A stretch of DNA of 62,478 bases, filler included. It is 11 parts of 11 records of this genome, joined end to end, with 100 filler letters (N's around TTAATTAATTAA, not from the genome) between each part and the next. Parts side by side here need not be neighbours in the genome. Positions count along the whole stretch, not along the records: positions 19,877 to 26,820 come from SRR15195285_1903; positions 26,921 to 31,062 come from SRR15195285_1906; positions 31,163 to 35,593 come from SRR15195285_1909; 8 more parts are not named here. One strand, written 5' to 3'. Shown here piece by piece: positions 22,801 through 32,097 of this stretch. Within the stretch, counting starts at the first letter, position 1. Each line of letters begins with the position of its first letter. Position numbers and translations under genes: made by a program. The notes beneath the pieces were generated by a model. That model was not told the origin of the DNA. It made no database searches and worked only from the letters and a program-made list of their open reading frames with translations.

Positions 22801-25800
22801 CCAGCGTGACGAGTTCGAGCGAAAGAAAAAGGCAATGCTGGAGGAGCAGCGCAGGGAAACTGAAGATGTTAAGCGTCAAAAGTGGCACGATAGTGAGCGA
22901 CGACGGAAGGAGGAGAAGGCCCGCAAAGAGGCCGATGCACGAGCCAGTATGCGTGCGCAGGAAAAGTCCAAAGCGCTCTCCAGCAGACCTGCTAAACGTG
23001 CTGCGGCGATCGAAAATCTGCCGGAACGGTTGCGCAAAATTTTCAATATCGCCGATAGCGATGGCGATGGATCTCTGTCAACATCAGAGCTTGCAACGCT
23101 GCTGAAGGATGACGACAGTTTTGTGGCATTGCTGAAAGATGCTGGGATGAAGCCGGCGTCCATTTTCCGGCAGCTCGACGCTGATGGAGACCAAACCATT
23201 TCTTTCCTGGAATTTTTCAAAATCATGGATGTACATCTCAAAGCGATTCAAGAAGGATCTTCAAAACCGAGTGTAATGGACTCATTAGCAGGTATTGGCG
23301 CAGGAGATGTTGCTGTCCTCAGCAACAACACCATGGAGCTCAGGATGCGCTTGCTTCTTGAGCAGCAGGCGCAGAAAGAAGCGCAAGACCGCGCGGAGCG
23401 AGCTGCCGATATCGAGCGCCAGATTATACAAGAAGATGCCAATCAAAGAATGCGGCAGTCCATGCAGGATTTCGATGAAAAGCGAAAGGCAGAGTTTGCT
23501 AAAATTGAAGAGAATGCCCAAGAGCGACGAAGGGTGCTAGTTGATAAACAAAGAACTTATCAGAAGCGTCTTCGCGAGATGAAGCAGAAGCAAACTTCGC
23601 GATCGGAACCGTTCTTTCTGACGAGCACAGACGCAACGCTGCCTAAACACGAATCGACTCCAGGGCAACGGTTCATATGCGAGCAAAATGCGACCATACG
23701 CGAATCAATGCTATCAGAACGATCCTTACGCCGGGAGTTGCAGGGAATGGACCTCCACCTGCTGAAGAGGCGCGCGGCTGCTACAGGTATTGCTACAGAT
23801 CAGCTGTCGAGCACTGAATTAGTTGACAATCTCTTGGAATGCAACAGGGTCGGGACCCTAAAGCTCGGCGACGAGGTAGTTGCGCTTGAAGAGCGCATTG
23901 ATGACGAGAACGTCCTGCAGATACGCACTGTTCGTGGATGGATTGCACTTGAATCTACAGACGGAACCGCAAACCTTCGAGTAAACCACACGGCGTGGGT
24001 TCCAACAGGGTTGAAACTTGCACGGAAACCGTCTGAACAAGCGCCAGGTAGGAGGCACCCGTCTCATTCTAGATCGCGCGAGTCGCAAAAGTCTTCAACC
24101 GTGTCGTACGAAGAGAAAGAGAGGAAAATGCACCAGGAAGGCTTTGTCGAATCCAGTCCAGATATCACATCGTATCAGGTTGAGTTCTCAACGGGAGACA
24201 CGGGTGATATCATAGGCGACTTGTACTTGCGCCTGCAAGGTACTCTTGGTTCCAGCAAGACCGTTTTGTGTTCCAACGTTGCCTGGGAGCACTGTGAACA
24301 CGGCTCTCGGTGTTCCTTCATATTCAATGCTCCATGGCTTGGCCAGATAACGTCCGTTGCCGTAGGCCACAATGTGGGGGAGTCCACGCACGACCGAAGC
24401 ACGCGCATGCTGCTGAGCAATGTTGTTGTAAAACATGTTGATACCGGTACCGTATGGCGCTTTCCGTGCCAACAGTGGCTAGACGACACATCTAGAATGT
24501 GCGTAATCCCGGAGTCTGGATCGGCGATCTCAGACGGTGGACACAACGCTGCTCGATCGATCTCATACTCTGGTGCAAGAGTGGCCTTCACGGCAGAAGA
24601 CGAGCAGAAATTGCACAGAATTACCATCAGACTGAGAGCAATCGCTCCGGAGACAACATCCGTCCCGGTGACTGTGGATCTCGAGGGCAACCAGCGCGGG
24701 CAGGAGTATGTGAAGACGGTGCAGCTCTCCTTTCAGATCCCGGACACGACGCACACGACGACTGTGGAAACGGTTGGCAAGTTTCATTGTTCTGCTTTCG
24801 GGCCATTACGAGCTTGCACCATTCGTGATATTTCAGGTGCTTGCAGCGGGTTGGGCAGCAAAGTTCACGTCTACGTCGACTGTGTCATGGTGGAGGTGGA
24901 GGGAACATCATTATCCTGGTATTTTGATATCCATCGCTGGTTGGATAATCAATCGGGTGTGAATGCTGCCGCTGGACCAGCGCCGCGCGGTCTTGAGGCA
25001 GTTCGACTTACGCATCCGTCTAAGCGCGGGCTAGTAGAACAGATTCGCGATATGACGACCTCTGCACCGCACGTGTCTGCGCCCAGTTTCATATCCAACG
25101 ATCATGCGGCGACGTGGCGCGACGTTGCTGAGTGGGCAGGCGACACGGCGCGACAAAACAACGACGGTATCGCGACTGATCGCCAACGCGTCGATGCTAC
25201 AGTTTTGGCATCTGGAACGGAACCAGCGGCTGCAATTGCAGCGGCGTCAGCTGCGGCTTCAGCTGGGCAACTTCCCTCTGCTACTGAGGCTGAGCTATTG
25301 CACCACCACAGAGTCTACCAGGAGAAACAGTCTCTGGTTGAGGGCGAGGACATGGTCTACGTCGTGCGGTTTCTAACTGGCGACGCAGAGGCTGCCAAGG
25401 CTCTTCGCCAAACATTCCGGTCTGCTCCGCCTACCGTTGCCCTAACACTGTTCGGTACGCATGGACCCCCGATGATGGTTGATGTTCCGATCAGTTTCAT
25501 TCCATACAGTGAAGAGCGCTTCATTGTTCGCGTGCAGCAGTACCATGGTATCCTTCAAGGGGTGCGCGTCAGAATTGACGATACCATTCCGGGTGCACCT
25601 GCACTTCCGTTCAAATGGAACTTGCTGTCGTTAACAGTCACTGACATACGACGGATGCAGACGTGGCACTCTACCTGTCGTTCGGCATTTGAGTGCTCGA
25701 ACAGCGTTGCAGCGGCTCTCCTTCGTCCGACAGCCACGGGACGCTCTGCGGCTCACCGCATTACTTTAGTTCTTGGTCCAGGCACAACAGAAACGGCGCA

Positions 25801-26820
25801 GCACTCGAGGCTCCAGGTGTTCATCGCTAGCGTGCGTGGCGAAGGCTCTGTTGCGTCGATTGCGTCACCGTGGGCACACGACGACCGCAAGTTGAGCACA
25901 CGCGGGGTACTGCAATGCCCTGAAGTATGGCTGCCCTACCTCGGCGACCAGCTCGAGCTTGGAGTTTGTCAGTGTGGTGATGCTGCAACCACAACCTCGG
26001 TGTTCGTCAGCCAAGCCATCATAGTCCGTGACGGCGTCGAACTGCGGTTCCGGCTCGAGCGTGAGATCACCGCAGGCGCAGTGCACTATGGTACCCCGAT
26101 GAAACTACCACAGGCGGCAGACTTACTGAAGCTTGACGGTGGCAACATTCCTGTCGATCCGCTTCGACTGGATCCAATTCCACTTGCAGAGTTTGCACTC
26201 CGGCTACATTTCACGGCAACCTGTCTCCATTCATCGATTGACTGCTGGATTGGTTACTGGGAAGTGGAACCAAACAGCAGCAAGTTTGCCGTCGCATGGT
26301 CACCGGCATTGGTCGCGACCAAAGATGCAGCGTATTACGCTGCTCGAGAATCGTATGAATTTCCTCTCCGACTGCCCTCGCCCGGGGCTGAGCTCTGGGG
26401 AATCAAAGTTAAAGCCCAGGGCTCGAGCTGGGGTGTTGGGTTCGTTGAGCTTGTGGACCAAGCATCGCATGAAGTATATAGTTGCAACTGCGACGGCACA
26501 CCTCTGGTGCGAGAAGAGTTGGCAGACGGGACCAAATACATCAGTAGGGAGCTTGTGTTCGCAACGAAGCATCCGTTGGAGCAAGTATCCCGTGACCCCA
26601 AGATTTCTCCGTGGGAAGAGTGGAAGCAAGACCAAGCACGGCGTGCGGATGCTGCGGCAGAACGAGAGCAAAGGGCCGCAGCACAACACGGTGCCTTGGA
26701 GGTGGGCCTCAACATTGCGCGTAAGGCGGCGCGAGCTGCACAAACTACACAGGAACGCCATGCAAAGGACCAACGCCAAGAGGCCGAGGCGCGAGAAAGA
26801 GAAGCACAACGCAAAGCGGA
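19883..26820 (+). CDS. Giant calpain-like protein: CysPc + domain III + coiled coil + EF-hands + SH3b-like + multiple PLAT/LH2-like domains (3' truncated)
   Basis: LGDCAFLS, WPALLQKAYAKLRGSY, HAYAV, RNPLG and GVFWV. EF loops DSDGDGSLSTSEL and DADGDQTISFLEF. PLAT pattern YQVEFSTGD..LYLRLQGTLG..WRFPCQQWL. The ORF fills the contig; first ATG at 19967. Confidence 0.85.
21827..21916 (+). repeat. 45-nt in-frame tandem duplication (EDTRTEIETPVHKAQ / KDTRTEIHAPVHKAQ)
   Basis: Two adjacent copies. Several differences are synonymous third positions (CGG/CGT, ATC/ATT, CCA/CCG, CAC/CAT). Confidence 0.9.
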
Positions 26821-26920
26821 NNNNNNNNNNNNNNNNNNNNNNNNNNNNNNNNNNNNNNNNNNNNTTAATTAATTAANNNNNNNNNNNNNNNNNNNNNNNN
26901 NNNNNNNNNNNNNNNNNNNN
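26821..26920. other. Artificial contig linker
   Basis: N44-TTAATTAATTAA-N44. Confidence 0.98.
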
Positions 26921-26923
26921 TTA

Positions 26924-26967
26924 GTGACACCGGGCATAAGGCGCCTTATGGTTATGCCCGGTGTCAC
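26924..26967. repeat. Nested palindrome/inverted repeat of an interspersed repeat element
   Basis: 16-bp arms GTGACACCGGGCATAA / TTATGCCCGGTGTCAC plus inner 16-bp palindrome CATAAGGCGCCTTATG. An identical 18-mer occurs at 35040-35057. Confidence 0.85.
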
Positions 26968-27197
26968 GGCGGGGAAAAATGGTCCCGAGGTGCAGCGACC
27001 GCATTCAGGGGACCCCTGAGGGCTATTCCAACTGTCCCCGTGCAGCTGGACCTTGCGGCACCAGTCAAAATTCACATCGGACTGATAGTATAAATACAAT
27101 ATAGATTCTACATTGTAATGAACACGAGTTTCCATAAAGAATGCCTGCGGCCGGGTTCCGAGTCGGTCATCGGATTCGGGAATCGGGATTGCCTCCG

Positions 27198-29108
27198 ATG
27201 CGCTCATGGATTGCCTGGAGCCTGGTGCCTGCTCTCGCCGCCGCCGGCGCTGCTCGGCTCGCCATGGACGGCAGCGAGGATGAAGAGGAGCTGCTGCTGC
27301 CCATCACGATGCTGTCGGGGTTCCTGGGCGCGGGCAAGACCACGCTGCTGAAGCACATCCTCGAGAATCGAGAAGGGGTAAAAGTCGGCGTGCTTGTGAA
27401 CGACGTCGCCGAGGTGAACATAGATGCCAAGCTCGTGCGAAACCAGGATAAGGGCGAGACGGGCGTTGCGGACGATATAGTCTCCGCGAACGATATGGTG
27501 GAGCTCTCTAATGGTTGCGTCTGCTGCAGCGCGTCGGACGAGATGCTGAAGGGCATCGACTGGCTGATTCAGCGCAACGGTGACGCCGAGCCGTTCGACC
27601 ACATTGTAGTCGAGTGTACCGGGGTGGCTGAGCCCTCCGGTGTCCGCGAGAAGTTCCAGGATGCGGAAATCGAAGGGGCATTGGAGCTATCCGAGTGCAA
27701 GCTGCACACGATGGTGACTGTAGTCGACAGCAGCAGCTTTCTCAAGGAGTGGGAGTCAAAGCAGGTCCTCAGCGATCGCCCAGACCTTGGCTATGAGCCT
27801 GGCCAAGGCTCTGACTACGATCCGTCCGCCACAGACGTGGCTAGCGGCAGCCGCAAGATTGTTGATCTGTTGATCGGGCAGATTGAGTGTGCCGATGTGG
27901 TGGTGTTGAACAAGACTGACCAACTACGCGGGGGGCAGCTCGAGGTGCTCACTCAGGTAGTGCAGGCGCTCAACATCGGAGCGCGGGTGGTGCCAGTGGA
28001 GTACGGCCGAGTGCCGCTGTCGGAGATGCTGCGCAAAATTGAACCGGGCGTGACAACGGTTGCAGACAACTTTGCGGACGATGAGCACCGTCTAGCGGTG
28101 CGGCACGCGCGTACACAGGCTGCGAAGAACCCACGCATGCCGGTAAGTGTTCAAGCGCCATGCCGTAGAGTATGTGGTAATGATAGTCGCTAGCATTGCT
28201 TCAGTAGGTCTATCCATACGCAGGCGGCCCTTTGCGGGTGAGGTAAGTGGTGATTCGGCTGCGGACTAAATCGGGCGCGGGGTGCCGTTTGCAACCCAGG
28301 GTGCTTTCGCGGCAGCTCCAGCGCAAACACCACAAGCCGACTCTAACCATACAGTGAAGTATGGCATCGAGACGTTCGTGTACAGCAGGCGTCGTGCGTT
28401 TCACCCGCAGAAGCTGTCAGTACTTGTGAAGCAGCTGCCTGTCCGGGTTTCGCAGATCCTAGCACTTGCATCCGATGCAGACGCTGTGCTCGAATCAAAC
28501 AGCGGCGGCGAAGGGCTCAGTGAACCAGAGCCAGAGCCAGAGCCAGACAGCGCAGAGCCACAAATTGTGGCGAGTACTGCCCAAGAGGAGCGACTGAAAA
28601 AACTCGATGCAGACGGAAAGTCAGAACCTGCTGCGCAGCAGTCCGAGGAAACAGGCGCGACAGGCCCTCTATCGACCGTGATCCGTTCGAAAGGTTTCAG
28701 CTGGCTCGCAACACATCACACAGCTGCGATCTACTGGTCGCACGCTGGCACACATTTTGAGCTCAAGAATGTTGGAACTTGGTGGGCATCTGCTGACATG
28801 GCAACACTTCCAGGCGGAAAGCTGCCGGACGCGGTCGCAGAAGATTTCGAGGGAGAATTTGGCGACAGAAGGCAAGAAATCGTTTTCATCGGTGTCAACA
28901 TGGATAAGGACGCGATCACAGATGCGCTAGATGGTGAGCCTCTTGAAGCTACCTATCCATCGCCTAAGCCAAGCTGCGTTCTACAAGATCGTGTGCTGAT
29001 TGCCAAGTTGCCAATCGGTGATTTATGGCATGTTTGCTTGGCTGCTCCATAGGGTGTCTGCTCACTGACGACGAGGTTGCCAAATACCGCACTCACTTTG
29101 CGAAATGA
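27198..29108 (+). CDS. CobW/COG0523 (ZNG1/YciC-like) G3E GTPase metal chaperone, 3 exons
   Basis: LSGFLGAGKTTLL, VND, ELSNGCVCC, VECTG and LNKTD. CobW_C motifs RSKG..WLAT and FGDRRQEIVFIG. Two introns. Alternative start at 27264. Confidence 0.9.
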
Positions 29109-29224
29109 GAAGTTGAGCGAGGTAGCACGAATTGCGACGCAATGCGACACTATACGAGTTGAGGCGACACTATATTGTATCATATCACTTTACAGTGTGC
29201 TGCACAATATACAACAGCTTCAGC

Positions 29225-30817
29225 TCATGGTATCGGAGGCAGCTCAACAACTTGCTGTGACCCACGAGAACTCTGGAGTCCGCGAGAAACGGTTCGTCTG
29301 GACTCCCGCGATGCAACGATAGAGCGTTCGATCGTAATGCTGAAAAGCTCTTCGTGGTCGTTTGTATATGCTGCTCGGCCTGTGGCGTGCTGTCCCCATG
29401 AGTAGTCTAAGACTTTTGAGCGTGCCAAGTCGTCGAAGTAGCTGCCACCTCTAGCTCTTCTTCTATGTGCAGAGACGTATGAGGTCACACCAGTGGCGTA
29501 CGCACGCGATTTGTTCTCCTGCATAGGCCCACCCAGTAGCCCACCACCATACAGCTCACCGAAGAGCGCCCCGGCATTCTTGTTGTCGTCATTTGCAACT
29601 TCTTTGATCAAATCTACCTCTGTGGATTCCGTGATCGGGGCAGCCATTTCGTTTTCATCCGCACTGTTGGACTGTGCATGTGACTGCTCCTGCTGTGTCG
29701 ATGTACAATCCTCAAAAAATGGTGACCCGCGCGCCACCTGCGCTAGCTCTACCTCTGCTCCTTCTGCTGGCCCGGACTCGGAGTCTGCAGTGTTCTCGAG
29801 ATCAGACTCAGCTTCATCCTCTTGTCTGGCTTGAATCTCGGCCAGCTCGGCCGCCTTGGCTGCTTCTGCCAGCTGCGCCTCTCGCGTGTTAAACTCCTCG
29901 GGGTTGCGTTCGTACTCGTCTAGCCGAGTGTTTGCATCGCGTACCATGGTCATGTAGTGTCGGCAAAAAGCGACGGGATCGTCAGGCATCCGACGAATCA
30001 CAGCGTGGAAAAGGTCAGTGATGAGGGGCGCGGCGGTGCTCAAGCTGTACTCGCGCCGTTCGCGCAGTCGTTCCCCAGTCTCGGATTGCGGCTGCACCCA
30101 CTTTTCGTCCTCGGCTTCGAATCCCCATCTGCGCTCTCTGTCTTCGCTCTTCGCGTTAATCCATGCCATGATCTTCGCTTCCTGTGCCTCTGCCTCTGCT
30201 TTCTTCTGCGCCGCCTCCGCGGCCAACCGCTCGTCCATCTGTTTCGCCTCCTCCATTGCCGCGCTGCGGCACACTCCTGCCTTTTCAGCCGCCGCAATAG
30301 CCGCACGGCGCTTCTCGCGGTGCGGGTCTGCAGCTGCTTTCAGAAGTGCTTCGTCTGCCTTGTCGATTTCTCTCTGCTCCGCCTCCGCTAGTGCCCTAGC
30401 CTCCCGTTCGGCGAGCTCAATTGCGGCCTGCTCGGCACGAGCGGCCACCTTCGCCCGATATTTCTCCAGCACCTCGCACAAGCTGGACATTTCCTTCTCG
30501 AGCGCGCCAGTGTCCCAACCCTCTGCCACACACTCCGCCAGCATCTCCTCGCGCTCTGCAAGCTTCGTCTCTAGCCGCGCGACCTCCGCCTCTAAGTCTG
30601 CGAACGATGTATATTTATCGTCGTCCTCTTCCTCCTCCTGCTCATCGCTATCCTCATTGGATGACCCACTACCTGACCGGTCGCCGGACTCAGACCCAGA
30701 CGCACCATCGGCGGATGCAGAACCGCCATCGCTCAGTGCAGACCCACTGGCTGCAGAGCCAGATTCTGTCTCCTCCTCACCCACCGTCGACGCGTGCTCT
30801 TCCTCGTCGTCCGACAT
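29225..30817 (-). CDS. Acidic coiled-coil protein with Dpy-30/RIIa-like dimerisation-docking motif
   Basis: 530-aa ORF. TAAPLITDLFHAVIRRMPDDPVAFCRHYM resembles the DD-domain PxDPxxFxxxY pattern. The 3' end may be spliced differently. Confidence 0.6.
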   Translation of the reverse strand: MSDDEEEHASTVGEEETESGSAASGSALSDGGSASADGASGSESGDRSGSGSSNEDSDEQEEEEDDDKYTSFADLEAEVARLETKLAEREEMLAECVAEGWDTGALEKEMSSLCEVLEKYRAKVAARAEQAAIELAEREARALAEAEQREIDKADEALLKAAADPHREKRRAAIAAAEKAGVCRSAAMEEAKQMDERLAAEAAQKKAEAEAQEAKIMAWINAKSEDRERRWGFEAEDEKWVQPQSETGERLRERREYSLSTAAPLITDLFHAVIRRMPDDPVAFCRHYMTMVRDANTRLDEYERNPEEFNTREAQLAEAAKAAELAEIQARQEDEAESDLENTADSESGPAEGAEVELAQVARGSPFFEDCTSTQQEQSHAQSNSADENEMAAPITESTEVDLIKEVANDDNKNAGALFGELYGGGLLGGPMQENKSRAYATGVTSYVSAHRRRARGGSYFDDLARSKVLDYSWGQHATGRAAYTNDHEELFSITIERSIVASRESRRTVSRGLQSSRGSQQVVELPPIP

Positions 30818-30895
30818 CGACGTGGGCGCTGCCGGGCAGAAGGCACACGGACGCTCGACTCACTCGCTCAGGCGCAACGGCTGGCCCTGTGCAGT

Positions 30896-30916
30896 GTATA
30901 GCGTATAGCGTATAGC
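30896..30916. repeat. (GTATAGC)x3 tandem repeat upstream of the 30817 start
   Basis: Three exact 7-nt copies. Confidence 0.8.
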
Positions 30917-31062
30917 CGACGAGCGTACACGCTGCAGCTGTCGGCTGCTCGCTCTCCGGCCTTGGCGCAGCAGCCCCGCGCCGCCGCCCACGATGGCCAC
31001 GAGCGTTTCCTCAGTGCCACTGTCGACTGTCTTGCATGTGTTCCGACCCAAGAGCTCCCGCG

Positions 31063-31162
31063 NNNNNNNNNNNNNNNNNNNNNNNNNNNNNNNNNNNNNN
31101 NNNNNNTTAATTAATTAANNNNNNNNNNNNNNNNNNNNNNNNNNNNNNNNNNNNNNNNNNNN
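31063..31162. other. Artificial contig linker
   Basis: N44-TTAATTAATTAA-N44. Confidence 0.98.
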
Positions 31163-31400
31163 TCAGACACAAAATGGACCAATTTTGAGTTTAGGTCGAC
31201 GACACTGTAGTAGAACACTCTACCAATTTAAATACCAAATCTCTACCTGCGCCTCCTATAGGCTGCGCCGCCGCTCTGCCGCAAGATCTCCGCTCCGCCG
31301 CCGCAAGGACCACCCCTGAGACGGTACACTGCATGGGCTCACACCAGGTGCTCAGCGCGCTGCGGGATAAGAAATAGTGGGTATTGTGGATCGCGTACCC

Positions 31401-31610
31401 TTGCCTCTGCCTCTGGAGAGGCAGAAATTAGGGTAGTTAGCGTCTTTGTAAGTGGTCGCCAATGGTGAATGCACATAAAACCCACTACTCTACCTAGTTA
31501 GGTGTGGCAAGAGGGCGCTATTACCACAAAAGAACGGATGCTAGCGACTATTGGATGGCCGTTTTATTATAGAGGCAAGATTTGCCTCTGAGATAATTGA
31601 ATTTGCCTCT
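31401..31610. repeat. Cluster of TGCCTCT/AGAGGCA motifs in both orientations (possible non-autonomous transposon subterminal region)
   Basis: Six copies in about 210 bp, including hairpins at 31406-31425 and 31571-31589. Confidence 0.55.
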
Positions 31611-32097
31611 AGAGCGAACGGATCTAGAGAGAATCGCGTGTTTTTGGGCCGGCGGCCGCGATACAGATCCCGAGAATCCCGTGAAAAACTCGATAGTTTC
31701 CTGTATGTAAATTATGACTGGAGTCCAGGAATCGATTCCGGCTGTATTGAAATTTCGTACCTTTTCGAAAGGACCACAATACCAAAAGGACCACACTAGG
31801 GGTGCCCACACTTCCCTACCACAATCTTTGTGTCTACGAAACAGGGGTGATTGGCGAAGCATCGAGCCTTCCGGTTTGGGCCCCGAGTATCGAGTTGTGG
31901 CACTGTTGGCGACGTTGACGTATGACGACGGTGCCGGCGCTGTCTCTCTTCTCTCCCTCATGCAGGGCCTTTCGTTCCGTCTTCGTCTCCACGCTGGAGG
32001 CGCTTGACTGAAGTGGAATAGTTCTACTACGAGTAGTACTCAGGTACCTTGGTACAGCCTTAGTACCTTCTGCCCAGCGTCACGCAGAGGAGCAACG

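Noticed and set aside
30018..30908. 296-aa + strand ORF
   Set aside because: Ser/Ala-rich antisense shadow of the Glu/Ala-rich coiled-coil gene on the - strand.
31548..32007. Short ORFs upstream of XPR1 as transposase fragments
   Set aside because: No DDE, zinc-finger or RT motifs were recognisable.
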